DNA from: an uncultured Spirochaetota bacterium
GTDB lineage: Bacteria; Spirochaetota; Spirochaetia; SZUA-6; Fen-1364
Assembly (NCBI GenBank): GCA_963820525.1
Contig: CAWGAA010000003.1
Coordinates: forward strand, 960,001 to 1,024,000
Length of the DNA: 64,000 nt
Direction: 5' to 3'
The translations under genes were made by a program, and so were the position numbers. Under the pieces are notes generated by a model. It saw only the letters and a program-made list of their open reading frames with translations. It did not search any database and had not been told where the DNA came from. Each line of letters starts with the position of its first letter. The first letter of the stretch is position 1. Below, one piece after another: positions 39,227-49,134 of the stretch.

Positions 39227-42200
39227 ATGATGGAGAAGGGCAAGTCGAGTGGGCAGCAACCTCTTCTGTTCAACCTGGCATGGCCGTGGCTTCCTCTTTT
39301 CGCGGTTGCAGTAGCCGTTCTGGCCTCGCTGAAGATTCAAGCAGTCTATAATCCGCCGTATCTTCTCACGGTTCTCAACATCCTCTTGCTGACGGTCATT
39401 TCGTTCATCGTGTCGATTCTATCCGCCAGAAGCTACTTGGCGGGGCACACGGGAGCGGTGCTGCTCCTGGGGTGCGGCGCCCTTTCCCTGGGCATCGGCG
39501 CAGCGCTCGCAGGGCTTCCCTTTGGAAAGCTGGATGCCAACTTGATCGTGACGATCTACGCCACCGGGGCATTTTTCTCCGCGGTCTTCAATCTCGCCAG
39601 CGCCATCGCGGCTTCCACGGCGGCAAGACGGCGCGCGAACCCCAGCCTGCCGCTTCTGCTCACCTCATATATCGGGGTCATCGCCATTGTCTCGGCGGCG
39701 GCCTGGGCAGCGGGGAAAGGCCTGCTGCCCGTTTTTTTCATCCAGGGGGTGGGCGCCACGCTCGTTGACGACGTGACCCTCTGGACCGCCGCGGCCATGT
39801 TCGCCTCATCGGCCATACTTCTCGAGGTGACGCAGGGGAGCCTCGGCTCCCCTTTCCACCGCTGGTATGCCTTGGGCATGGCGTTGATCGCGGTGGGCCT
39901 GGTCGGGGCATCGTTTCAGCATAGCATCGGAAGCCCCCTCAACTGGACCGCGCGCGCTTCGCAGTACCTGGGCTGCGTGTACATGCTCATTGCCGTTATC
40001 TCCACGGCAAGACGGAGCGGTTCTTGGGGGATACCATTGGAGAGGGCGCTTCAGGAGAGCCGCGAGCTGTATCGCAGCCTCGTAGAGCTCAGCCCTGACC
40101 CCATCCTTGTGCATTCGGAGGGCATGTATGTGTTTGCGAATCCCGCGGCCGCCCGCATTTTCGCGGCTCGTTCTCCGCAAGAGGTCGTCGGAAAGAACGT
40201 AATGAATCTCATCGCCCCCGAATATCGAGATCTGACCCGCGAGCGGGTTTCCCGCGCCTATGCGGGAGAAGTGACGCCGCTTCGTGAAAGCCGGTTCCTC
40301 CGCCTGGACGGGCGGCCAGTCGACGTGGAAACCACCGGAGCCCGGGTCGAATTCGAGGGAAAGCCCGCCATCCTGGTTCTGGTGCGGGATATCACGGAGC
40401 GGAAACGGGCGGAGGAATCGGTGGCATGGCAGGCATCCTTCCCGCAGCTCAATCCCTATCCCGTGGCTGAAATCGATCTGAAGGGCAACGTCTACTATCT
40501 CAACCCGGCCGCTGAAAAACTCTTCCCCGGCCTCAGGGAAAGGGGACTCGACCACCCCTGGCTTACGGATTGGGCGGCGGTGGCGGACCGCTTTGCCCGG
40601 AACAACGAGGAAAAACTCGTTCGCGAAGTGGAGGCGGACGGCCGCTGGTACCAGCAGATGATGTACTTCGTGCCGCCGACCTCGCGCGTGCGCATCTACT
40701 CCATGGACATAACGGAGCGCGCCGCGGCAGAGAAAGCCCTGGAGGAGAGCGAGAGACGCGAGCGGGCGCGATCAGAGGAGCTGGAGACCGTGCTCAACGC
40801 CGTGCCGGCATCTGTGTGGATAGCCCATGATCCCCACGCGCGGAGGATTACAGGCAACCGTCTCTCCGACGAATGGCTGCGGGTTGCGCCGGGAACCAAT
40901 ATATCCAAGTCCGCTCCCGAGGGTGAAAGGCCGGAGACCTTCCGCGTGTTCAAGAATGGCGTGGAGCTTAAGCCCGACGAAATGCCGGTGCAGAGATCCG
41001 CCGCAGGCGAGGAGGTGCGGGATTTCGAGTTCACGATAGTCTATCCCGAAGGTACGCAGCGCCATATAGTAGGCAACGCCACACCCCTTCGCGACGAGCG
41101 GGGAAATCCCCGCGGCTCGGTTTCGGCTTTCATCGACATCACGGAGCGCAAGGCCAACGAGGCGGCCCTTTTGCAGGCGCGAGGCGACCTGGAAGCCCGC
41201 GTGAGAGACCGCACCGCGGAGCTTTCCCGAACCGTCGAAGCCCTCCGCCGCCAGGCCGATCTTCTTGATCTTGCGGACGACGCCATAATCGTACGCGACG
41301 CGAAGGATCGGATCGCTTTCTGGAACCACGGCGCATACAAGACGTACGGGTGGACCCAGGAAGAAGTCATTGGGAAGGTCCCATTCGAGCTCTTCCAGGC
41401 GCAGTCCGAGATCCCCCTGTCGGAGATGCGGCGGGAGGCGTTGAAGGCCGGGCATTGGGAAGGGGAGCTTCGCCACGCACGGCGCGACGGTTCCCGGATC
41501 ATCGTTGAAAGCCGCTGGGCGGTCCGCCGTCTTCCCGACGGTGCCTGGGAAACCCTGGAGATCAACAGGGATATCACCGAGCGCAAGGGGGCTGAAGCGC
41601 TGACCCGTTCGGCCTCTCTCTACGCCCGCGGCCTGCTGGAAGTCAGCCTTGATCCCCTGGTGACAATCAGCCGTGAAGGAAAGATCACGGACGTGAACAA
41701 GGCCACGGAGGAAGCCACGGGCCTCACCCGCGATCGGTTGATAGGGACCGATTTCTCCACCTATTTCACGCAGCCGGACAAGGCGGATCAGGGCTACCGG
41801 CAGGTTCTTCTGGAGGGCTCCGTCCATGACTACCCGCTCAGCATCCGCCACGTATCGGGGCGGGTCATGGACGTTCTCTACAATGCAACCGTCTACCGGG
41901 GAGAGAACGGGGAGGTGAGAGGGGTCTTCGCCGCGGCCCGCGATATCACGGAGCGGAAGCGCACGGAAGCGGAGCTGGAGAGTTACCGCAGGCACCTCGA
42001 GGACTTGGTGAAGCAGCGGACCGCGGAGCTGGAAGAGGCGGTTGCGGAGCTGGCCAGGTCCAACAAGGACCTGGAGCAGTTCGCCTACGTCGCCTCGCAC
42101 GACCTGAAGGAGCCTCTGCGGATGGTCACCGGATTCCTGGACCTGCTCATGCAGAGCAACCCCAAGGGGCTCGACAAGAAGAGCCGCGAGTACATTGCTT

Positions 42201-42727
42201 TCGCCGTGGACGGCGGACAGCGGATGCAGGTCCTCATCGACGATCTTCTCACCTACTCCCGGGTGGGGAGAAACAAGGTTGCCGAGCCCGCTGATCTCGA
42301 CGATATTCTCAGTAAGGTGCAAAAAAGCCTTCGGGTGAGCTTCGAGGAGTCGGGCGCCACTCTCACGCACGACCCTCTGCCGACAATCTCATGCAACCCG
42401 GTGGAGATGATGCAGGTATTCCAGAACCTGATCGGCAACGCAATCAAGTTCCGGGGCGATAAAACGCCGATGATCCATGTGGGCGCCCGCCGCGAGGAGG
42501 AGGGGTGGCTGTTCTTTGTTCGGGACAATGGGATCGGCATCGATCGGCAGTTCGCTGACAGGATCTTCATGATCTTCCAGCGGCTGCACACGCGGGACAA
42601 GTATCCGGGAACGGGAATAGGCCTCGCCGTCTGCAAGAAGGTGGTCGAGCGCCACGGCGGGCGCATCTGGGTGGAGTCGAAGCCCGGGGAAGGCTCGACG
42701 TTTTACTTCACTATCGTGCACGCATGA
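39227..42727 (+). CDS. Membrane-bound multi-PAS sensor histidine kinase (Cph1-like transmitter)
   Basis: Multi-TM N-terminus; five PAS/PAC units ending in DITER; FAYVASHDLKEPL, NLIGNAIKF, DNGIGI and GTGIGL. Confidence 0.92.
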   Translation: MMEKGKSSGQQPLLFNLAWPWLPLFAVAVAVLASLKIQAVYNPPYLLTVLNILLLTVISFIVSILSARSYLAGHTGAVLLLGCGALSLGIGAALAGLPFGKLDANLIVTIYATGAFFSAVFNLASAIAASTAARRRANPSLPLLLTSYIGVIAIVSAAAWAAGKGLLPVFFIQGVGATLVDDVTLWTAAAMFASSAILLEVTQGSLGSPFHRWYALGMALIAVGLVGASFQHSIGSPLNWTARASQYLGCVYMLIAVISTARRSGSWGIPLERALQESRELYRSLVELSPDPILVHSEGMYVFANPAAARIFAARSPQEVVGKNVMNLIAPEYRDLTRERVSRAYAGEVTPLRESRFLRLDGRPVDVETTGARVEFEGKPAILVLVRDITERKRAEESVAWQASFPQLNPYPVAEIDLKGNVYYLNPAAEKLFPGLRERGLDHPWLTDWAAVADRFARNNEEKLVREVEADGRWYQQMMYFVPPTSRVRIYSMDITERAAAEKALEESERRERARSEELETVLNAVPASVWIAHDPHARRITGNRLSDEWLRVAPGTNISKSAPEGERPETFRVFKNGVELKPDEMPVQRSAAGEEVRDFEFTIVYPEGTQRHIVGNATPLRDERGNPRGSVSAFIDITERKANEAALLQARGDLEARVRDRTAELSRTVEALRRQADLLDLADDAIIVRDAKDRIAFWNHGAYKTYGWTQEEVIGKVPFELFQAQSEIPLSEMRREALKAGHWEGELRHARRDGSRIIVESRWAVRRLPDGAWETLEINRDITERKGAEALTRSASLYARGLLEVSLDPLVTISREGKITDVNKATEEATGLTRDRLIGTDFSTYFTQPDKADQGYRQVLLEGSVHDYPLSIRHVSGRVMDVLYNATVYRGENGEVRGVFAAARDITERKRTEAELESYRRHLEDLVKQRTAELEEAVAELARSNKDLEQFAYVASHDLKEPLRMVTGFLDLLMQSNPKGLDKKSREYIAFAVDGGQRMQVLIDDLLTYSRVGRNKVAEPADLDDILSKVQKSLRVSFEESGATLTHDPLPTISCNPVEMMQVFQNLIGNAIKFRGDKTPMIHVGARREEEGWLFFVRDNGIGIDRQFADRIFMIFQRLHTRDKYPGTGIGLAVCKKVVERHGGRIWVESKPGEGSTFYFTIVHA

Positions 42728-42740
42728 GGGGGAAACGGAC

Positions 42741-43163
42741 GTGGGTGCGGTTGAAGTTCTGATCGTGGAAGACAACGAGGGCGACGTCCGGCTGGTCAAG
42801 GAAGCCATGGCGCGGGTGGGGCTTTCCCACCATGTCACCGTGCTTACCGACGGTGTGCAGGCCATGGAGTTTCTCCGCCGCTGCGGCCAATATCGCACGG
42901 CATGCCGCCCGGACCTGATCGTGCTCGACCTGAAGCTCCCCAGGAAGGACGGCAGAGAGGTCCTCGCCGAGATCACGCCGGATCCGGAGCTGGCCCGCAT
43001 ACCGATGGCTGTCCTGAGCAGCTCCCAATCCGAGCTGGAGCGCGCCAAGGCGTATAACTTGCCCCAGGAGTGCTATTTCACGAAGCCCGCGACATTTACG
43101 GGATACATGCAGGTTGTCAAATCCATTGAGGAATATCGATTGAAAACGGCATCGAGGCTCTAG
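42741..43163 (+). CDS. Single-domain response regulator (Rcp1-like)
   Basis: LIVEDNEGD, PDLIVLDLKLPRKDGREVL and FTKP. Confidence 0.9.
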   Translation: MGAVEVLIVEDNEGDVRLVKEAMARVGLSHHVTVLTDGVQAMEFLRRCGQYRTACRPDLIVLDLKLPRKDGREVLAEITPDPELARIPMAVLSSSQSELERAKAYNLPQECYFTKPATFTGYMQVVKSIEEYRLKTASRL

Positions 43164-43173
43164 GGCAGCGGCG

Positions 43174-44907
43174 ATGGAGCGCACCGGTAAAAGGGTCCTG
43201 TTGGTCGAGGACGAACGCGACCAGGCGCTGCTTCTCCAGGCCGAGCTCGAGCGCTGCTGCCCGGCTCAATTCGAGCTGGAATGGACTCAATCCCTTCAGG
43301 CCGCCCTCGAGGCGATCCGCCGTGAGCCCTTCGATGCCATCCTGCTGGACCTTTCCCTTCCTGATTCCCTGGGACTTGAGACGGTGGAGAAGGTGAGCGC
43401 CGCATCTCATGTCACGCCCATCGTCGTTCTTTCGGGCCAGAACGACGAACATGTGGCCGTCGAGGCGGTGCGCAAAGGAGCCCAGGATTACCTGATAAAG
43501 GACGAGGCCAACGGCCGCTTCATCGCCCGGGCCATCCGATATTCCATCGAGCGCAAACAGGCCGAGGAGCTTTTGCGCCAAGCGAACGACGAGCTGGAGC
43601 GCCGGGTCCGTGATAGAACGGCGGAGCTGACAAGGATCGTGGAGACCCTGCAGGGGGAGATGAACCGGCGGTCCACTGCGGAACGAGCCCTTCGCGCGCG
43701 CTCTGAGCAGCTGCGTCTCCTTGCCTCGGAATTGACGCTGGCCGAGCAGCGGGAGAGGCAGCGGCTGGCCCTTGTGATCCACGACGGATTGCAGCAACTC
43801 CTTGTGGCCGCCAACTACAGGCTGGGCAGGCTCGAGCGGGCTGAAAACCGCGAGGTCCGGCAGGCGGCCACCGAGGTCGGCCAGCTCATCTCGGACTCCA
43901 TCGAGGCTTCCCGCTCTCTCACCTCGGAGCTCGGCCCGCCCATCCTTCGGGTCGGGAGACTCATCCCCGCGCTGGAATGGCTGGTTCGCTGGATGCAGGA
44001 CAAACATGGGCTCGCCGTGGACATGGAAGCCCATGGAAACGTGGAGCCGGAGGCGGAGGACATGACCGTTCTTCTCTTCCAGGCCACCCGCGAGCTGTTG
44101 TTCAACGTCGTCAAGCACGCTGAGGTGAAAGCCGCCCGCGTCCAGGTTGCCCTCGTGGACGGCCAGGTTCAGATCACGGTTACCGACAAGGGAGTGGGCT
44201 TCGATCCGAGGCAGCTGCGGGCGGAAGGCGCTCCCAGTGGAGGCTTCGGCCTGTTCAGCATCAAAGAGCGCCTTGACCTCATGGGAGGGCGCGTGGAGAT
44301 CGACAGCGCTCCCGGCAGGGGAAGCAGGTTCAAGCTCGTGGCACCCCTTCCCTCGTTGGGGCCGGAAGCGGTTCAGAGGGCAGACCAGCGGCCAAGGGTG
44401 TCCGTGGGGATGGCCGGGGCGCGGGAGATCGGGCGGGTGAGAGCCGAAGGCAGAATCCGCGTCATGCTGGTGGACGACCACGTCGTCATGCGCCAAGGCC
44501 TCGCCGCGCTGCTTCAAGAGGAGCCGGACATCGAGATCGTCGGAGAGGCATCCGATGGGAAATCCGCCGTGGATCTTGCCCGCGAGGTCCGCCCGGATGT
44601 CGTGCTCATGGATGTCAGCATGCCGGGGATGAACGGAATCGAGGCGACGCGGATCATCCATGCCGAGAATCCCCGCGTCCGCGTCATCGGCCTGTCCATG
44701 TTCGAGGAAGCTGACCAGGCGGCCGCGATGCGCCAGGCCGGGGCCGTGGACTACCTCAACAAGACGGGGCCGTCGAACGCCGTGATCATGACCATCAGGG
44801 CCCGCATCGGCCCGCCGGGATCGCAGACCGAAGGGGAGCGGGCCCGCCCCGAGAGCCGGATGGAGGGCGCGGGAAAAGACGCGCAGAGCGACGGCGGCGC
44901 GCTCTGA
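43174..44907 (+). CDS. Hybrid REC-HisKA_3-HATPase-REC signalling protein
   Basis: LLDLSLPDS receiver; ERQRLALVIHDGLQQ; ELLFNVVKHA, DKGVGF and GFGL; C-terminal NarL-type receiver without an HTH. Confidence 0.9.
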   Translation: MERTGKRVLLVEDERDQALLLQAELERCCPAQFELEWTQSLQAALEAIRREPFDAILLDLSLPDSLGLETVEKVSAASHVTPIVVLSGQNDEHVAVEAVRKGAQDYLIKDEANGRFIARAIRYSIERKQAEELLRQANDELERRVRDRTAELTRIVETLQGEMNRRSTAERALRARSEQLRLLASELTLAEQRERQRLALVIHDGLQQLLVAANYRLGRLERAENREVRQAATEVGQLISDSIEASRSLTSELGPPILRVGRLIPALEWLVRWMQDKHGLAVDMEAHGNVEPEAEDMTVLLFQATRELLFNVVKHAEVKAARVQVALVDGQVQITVTDKGVGFDPRQLRAEGAPSGGFGLFSIKERLDLMGGRVEIDSAPGRGSRFKLVAPLPSLGPEAVQRADQRPRVSVGMAGAREIGRVRAEGRIRVMLVDDHVVMRQGLAALLQEEPDIEIVGEASDGKSAVDLAREVRPDVVLMDVSMPGMNGIEATRIIHAENPRVRVIGLSMFEEADQAAAMRQAGAVDYLNKTGPSNAVIMTIRARIGPPGSQTEGERARPESRMEGAGKDAQSDGGAL

Positions 44908-44917
44908 GGGGGCAGGC

Positions 44918-45524
44918 ATGGGCGGACCGATGGGAGCGATCGCTCGCTCGCCTTTCCTTCAGTCTCTCCTCACGGTTGTAACCTACGCGCTGTATGCCTG
45001 TGTGCTCGGCGCCGGCCTCGCTCCGGCCGCGCTGTTCGTCTCATGGGCGCGATGGACGCTTCTTCCGCCGGGCGGCCCCTTTGCCGCGGGAAGGCTTCTT
45101 CTCTTCTGCCTCTGCCTGGGGGCGGGTTTGTTCGTTTTTCTCTTCTTTGTGCTTGTCCTGATCGCCCTTGTCGTGAGGATGTTTTCAGTCGGCGTGAAAC
45201 CGGGGAGGCATCATCTCGCCTCCGCCGCCGCCTGGGAAGGAACATGTGGCTCACCACGGTTCAGCTCCTCGACCCCTACATGATCAACATCGGGGACGAC
45301 ACCGTGGTGGGGGAGACGCCGTGCTCACGGCCCACCTCTTCGAGAACGACACCCTGTTCATCGCTCCGATTCGGATCGGGAAGAACTGCATGATCGGCGC
45401 GCACGCCATCCTCTGCCCGGGCGCGGTGGTGGGCGACGGGGCAACGGTGGGCATCCGTTCCGTCGTGCGGGTGGGGGGTCGCGTCACCGCGGGGTCGCGG
45501 CTCTCCTCCGGCGCGGGGGAATGA
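44918..45524 (+). pseudogene. Disrupted membrane-anchored left-handed beta-helix acyltransferase-like gene
   Basis: Three frames: TM N-terminus to KPGRHHLAS, then RLGRNMWL...IGDDTVVG, then GDAVLTAHLFE...IRIGKNCMIGAHAILCPGAVVGDGATVG. Breaks lie near 45220 and at the G5 run 45309-45313. Confidence 0.7.
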
Positions 45525-45894
45525 GCGCAAAGGTAAGAAGAACCACGACGCCGAAGCCGATATAGGCGATGAGGAAAACCCAGGCCGGAAAGTCGTAGAA
45601 GATGACGCTCCGCACCAGCCGGGCGATGAAGGAGATCTGTCCCTCGACGTGCTGGCCGGCAAGCTCCCGCAGCCGGTATTCCCAGACCGTCAAAGGGCAG
45701 AGGGTGCCTGCCATGGCCTCCACGGCCACCAGCACCACCGCGGCCAGGTGAACGATTCTGAAGCTCAGATTGCGGACCCAGGCCCAGCGCAGGAAAGCGC
45801 CCAGGAGGATTGCCGCTTCTCCTCCTACCGTGAAAGCCACGTAGCAGGAGTGGAAGACCACGATGATGTCGGCAAGCAGGGTATAGCGAGCCAC
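45484..45894 (-). CDS. Membrane protein (DUF2784-like)
   Basis: LADIIVVFH, FRIVHL, CPLTVWEYRLR and SFIARLV...IFYD motifs. Confidence 0.8.
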   Translation of the reverse strand: MARYTLLADIIVVFHSCYVAFTVGGEAAILLGAFLRWAWVRNLSFRIVHLAAVVLVAVEAMAGTLCPLTVWEYRLRELAGQHVEGQISFIARLVRSVIFYDFPAWVFLIAYIGFGVVVLLTFALIPPRRRRAATPR

Positions 45895-45956
45895 GGGGAG
45901 CCGCCTCTCATCCCAAGCATACGGCTTTCAGGGGCGGCTTTCAAACCCATGCGCGG

Positions 45957-46766
45957 CTACGCTCCGGGCAGTCCCTTGATGGTGTCGCGCTCGATGTCCT
46001 TGAAGTACTTTACCGTGCTCACCTTGAGATCGCCCAGTGAGTCTTCGTCGCAGACGATTATCGTCTTTTTATGGAGCTGGAGCATGGAGACGGTCCACTG
46101 CTGGTTGACCCCCTCCTCCACAAGCTTCTGCAGGGCCCGGGCCTTTGCGTGCCCGCTTACGATGATGAGCGCCTCATCCGCGTCCATCACGGTGCCGACG
46201 CCTACCGTGAGGGCCATCCGGGGGACGGCTTTCATGTCGCCGCCGAAGAAACGGGAGTTGGCCATCCTGGTGTCGTCCGTGAGAGTCTTGACCCGCGTGC
46301 GGGAGCTCAGGGATGAGTACGGCTCGTTGAAGGCGATGTGGCCATCGGGTCCCACGCCGCCGAGAAAAAGCCGGATGCCGCCCAGGGATTCGATCTTCTT
46401 CTCGTAGCGCTCGCACTCGCCCTCCAGGTCCGCGGCCAGGCCGTTGAGGATGTTGATGTTTTCACCGGGGATATCCACGTGGCTGAAGAGGTGCTGCCGC
46501 ATGAAGAAGTGAAAGCTCTGAGGATGATCCTCGGCAAGGCCGACGTACTCGTCCATGTTGAAGGTGACCACGTTGGCAAAGGAGACCCTGCCCTGCCTAT
46601 TCAGCTCCACCAGCTTCTGGTAGGTCCCCAGCGGGGAAGATCCCGTGGGAAGCCCCAGCACGAACGGCCTGTCTCGTGTGGGCTTGAATGCGTTGATCTC
46701 GGCGCAGACGTAGTGGGCCACCCATGCGCTCAGAGCCGCGTAATCGTCATGAATGATGACTCTCAT
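45957..46766 (-). CDS. nagB: Glucosamine-6-phosphate deaminase
   Basis: [34 protein letters not shown] and [12 protein letters not shown]. Confidence 0.96.
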   Translation of the reverse strand: MRVIIHDDYAALSAWVAHYVCAEINAFKPTRDRPFVLGLPTGSSPLGTYQKLVELNRQGRVSFANVVTFNMDEYVGLAEDHPQSFHFFMRQHLFSHVDIPGENINILNGLAADLEGECERYEKKIESLGGIRLFLGGVGPDGHIAFNEPYSSLSSRTRVKTLTDDTRMANSRFFGGDMKAVPRMALTVGVGTVMDADEALIIVSGHAKARALQKLVEEGVNQQWTVSMLQLHKKTIIVCDEDSLGDLKVSTVKYFKDIERDTIKGLPGA

Positions 46767-46899
46767 GAATGCCCTCCCCTATTCCTTGATTCCCCCCGAT
46801 GTTGATGGTTATGCTCTGCCGCGCCCTTGTCACAAGACGCACGTGCCAACCTTAAAATAAGGAGGATTGGGTTGGAAGCAAAGAAAAACGGAGGCGCAG

Positions 46900-47958
46900 T
46901 CAGCGCTCCGTCATCGGCTCCCTGCGTACGGATTGCCTTTCTACAAGCGATGGTGCGAATGTCTTCGCGAAAAGCGGCCGGCCGGCCGGCCCTCCGCCGG
47001 CGGATTCCGCGGTTTCCGGCCCCTCCATCTGGGCCAGGAGGAACTCCGCCATGGTCTTTCCCATCTCGAAGCAGGGCTGCATCACCGTGGTGAGGGGCGG
47101 GCCGAAGACGGCGGCGAGCTCGATATCGTCCACTCCGATAACGCTGAGATCTTCAGGGATGGAAATGCCCAGCTCCGCTGCCGCCTTATAGACTCCCGCG
47201 GCTACCAGGTCGTTGTAGCACAAGAAGGCAGTGGCTTGAGGCGCGGCTCCTGCCCTCCCCGGGAACAGCCCGGCCGCCGCCTGCCGGCCATCCTTCATGG
47301 TGGCGCCGGCCGGCACGATCATCTCTTCCGTGAAATGCAGTCCGGCCTGGATCACGGCGTCCTTGAAACCCGCGGCCCTCTGTTCCGCGGCGCCCGAGGA
47401 GACGGGACCGCGGAGGTGGACAATCCGTGTATGACCCATCTCCAACAAGTATTCGGCGGCAAGCCTTCCCGCCCCCCGCTCCGAGAACTCAGCCCGGGAA
47501 GTCTCCATGCCCGGGAGGCTTCCCAAGGTAACGAGCGGAGTGCCGCGGGCGATGAGGCTCCAGATGTGCCCAAGGTCGATGCCGATCTGCTGGGGAGTGA
47601 TGATGATCCCGTCAACCTGGTAGCTCAAGGCGGCCCCTACAGCCTGAACCTCCCGCTCATGGTCGTCCTCGGTGCTGAGAAGGAGCGTGCTGTACTTTTT
47701 TGGCGCGAGCACGCTGTTGATCCCCTCCACGATCCTGGAGTTGAAGGGGTTCATGATGTCCTTGAGGATGAGGGCCACGAGGTGGGTGGACCTCCTTCCA
47801 AGCGCGCGGGCAAGCCTGTTCGGCTGATAGTGGTAGCGCGAGACGACCTCCAGCACTTTCCTGCGCGTCGGCTCGGAAACCCAGGGTTTGTCCGAAAGCA
47901 CGGCATGTACCGTGGATCGGGAAGTGCCGCTCAGCCTTGCAATCTCTTCCATCGTCAT
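46900..47958 (-). CDS. LacI-family transcriptional regulator
   Basis: TMEEIARLSGTSRSTV HTH, YQPNRLARAL hinge, CYNDLVA, IPEDLSVIGVDD and PPLTTV. Confidence 0.92.
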   Translation of the reverse strand: MTMEEIARLSGTSRSTVHAVLSDKPWVSEPTRRKVLEVVSRYHYQPNRLARALGRRSTHLVALILKDIMNPFNSRIVEGINSVLAPKKYSTLLLSTEDDHEREVQAVGAALSYQVDGIIITPQQIGIDLGHIWSLIARGTPLVTLGSLPGMETSRAEFSERGAGRLAAEYLLEMGHTRIVHLRGPVSSGAAEQRAAGFKDAVIQAGLHFTEEMIVPAGATMKDGRQAAAGLFPGRAGAAPQATAFLCYNDLVAAGVYKAAAELGISIPEDLSVIGVDDIELAAVFGPPLTTVMQPCFEMGKTMAEFLLAQMEGPETAESAGGGPAGRPLFAKTFAPSLVERQSVRREPMTER

Positions 47959-47963
47959 AGTTT

Positions 47964-48000
47964 TACACGTGTAGTATATCATTTTCCTTTTATTTGTCAA
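47964..48000 (-). promoter_or_regulatory. lacI promoter with palindromic operator candidate
   Basis: Minus strand TTGACA-N16-TATACT with an extended TG; palindrome TACACGTGTA at 47964-47973 directly downstream of the -10 box. Confidence 0.6.
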
Positions 48001-48058
48001 TATTATTTCTTTCAATATAAATAATTATTCTATTTCCTGACTTTCTAACGATTTATTA

Positions 48059-48087
48059 TTGACATCGTGTATAATGGATGATATCAT
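48059..48087 (+). promoter_or_regulatory. Sigma70 promoter of the epimerase operon
   Basis: TTGACA (48059-48064)-N17-TATCAT (48082-48087), AT-rich upstream tract, TAAGGAG SD. Confidence 0.7.
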
Positions 48088-48110
48088 GGATTTGACTTAA
48101 GGAGTTTCAA

Positions 48111-49118
48111 ATGGAAGTGGAGAAAAACAAGCTAATCGTTGTCACGGGCGCCGGCGGCTTTATCGGGGGGTGCCTCGTTTCAGACCTCAGGCGCCAGGGC
48201 TTCAAACGCATACGCGCCGTTGACAGAAAGCCCCTGAACCAGTGGTACCAGGCTTTCGACGATGTTGAAAACCTCGTCCTCGACCTCAAGCTCCTGGAGA
48301 ATTGCACCACGGCGGCGCAGGGGGCATCCGAGATATATAACCTCGCGGCCGACATGGGAGGAATGGGCTTCATCGAGAAGAACAAGGCCCAGTGCATGCT
48401 CTCCGTGCTCATCAGCACGCATATGCTGGAAGCGGCACGGGTAGTCGGCGTGGAGCGGTTCTTCTACTCGTCCTCAGCCTGCGTGTACAATGCCGACAAA
48501 CAAAAAGAGGCCCATGTAACCGCCTTGAAGGAAGAGGACGCTTACCCCGCGCTTGCCGAAGACGGCTACGGCTGGGAGAAGCTGTTCAGCGAGAGGATGT
48601 GCCGCCACTTCCGCGAGGATTTCGGAATGGAAACCCGCGTGGCGCGCTTCCACAACGTGTACGGCCCCTACGGCACCTGGGACGGCGGAAGGGAGAAAGC
48701 GCCGGCCGCGCTCTGCCGCAAGGTAATCGACGCCAAGCACCGGAAAACCGGCCAGATCGAGATCTGGGGCGACGGCGAGCAGACACGGAGCTTCATGTTC
48801 ATTGACGACTGCGTGAAGGGCATCCAGCTCATCGCCCAGAGCGACATCCTGGAACCCATTAACCTGGGATCGAGCGAGCTTGTCTCAATCAATCACCTGG
48901 TGGACATCGTGGAGGAAGTGGCCGGGGTGAAGCTGAAAAGAGAATACGATCTCGACGCCCCCAAGGGCGTGCGGGGGCGGAACAGCGACAACACGGCCAT
49001 CAAGAAGCGGCTGAATTGGGAACCGAAGATCTCCCTGCGCGAGGGGATCGCGAAGACATACGCATGGATCGAGAAGCAGTACGCGGACCGGCTGGCCGGA
49101 AAGCGGACCGTGAGCTGA
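48111..49118 (+). CDS. NAD-dependent nucleotide-sugar epimerase, GDP-mannose 3,5-epimerase-like
   Basis: TGAGGFIG, NLAADMGGMGFI, YSSSACVY (catalytic Cys), YGWEK, RFHNVYGP.GTW.GGREKAPAALCRK (catalytic Lys) and WGDGEQTRSF. Confidence 0.88.
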   Translation: MEVEKNKLIVVTGAGGFIGGCLVSDLRRQGFKRIRAVDRKPLNQWYQAFDDVENLVLDLKLLENCTTAAQGASEIYNLAADMGGMGFIEKNKAQCMLSVLISTHMLEAARVVGVERFFYSSSACVYNADKQKEAHVTALKEEDAYPALAEDGYGWEKLFSERMCRHFREDFGMETRVARFHNVYGPYGTWDGGREKAPAALCRKVIDAKHRKTGQIEIWGDGEQTRSFMFIDDCVKGIQLIAQSDILEPINLGSSELVSINHLVDIVEEVAGVKLKREYDLDAPKGVRGRNSDNTAIKKRLNWEPKISLREGIAKTYAWIEKQYADRLAGKRTVS

Positions 49119-49134
49119 ACCGGAGCGCTTGGGC

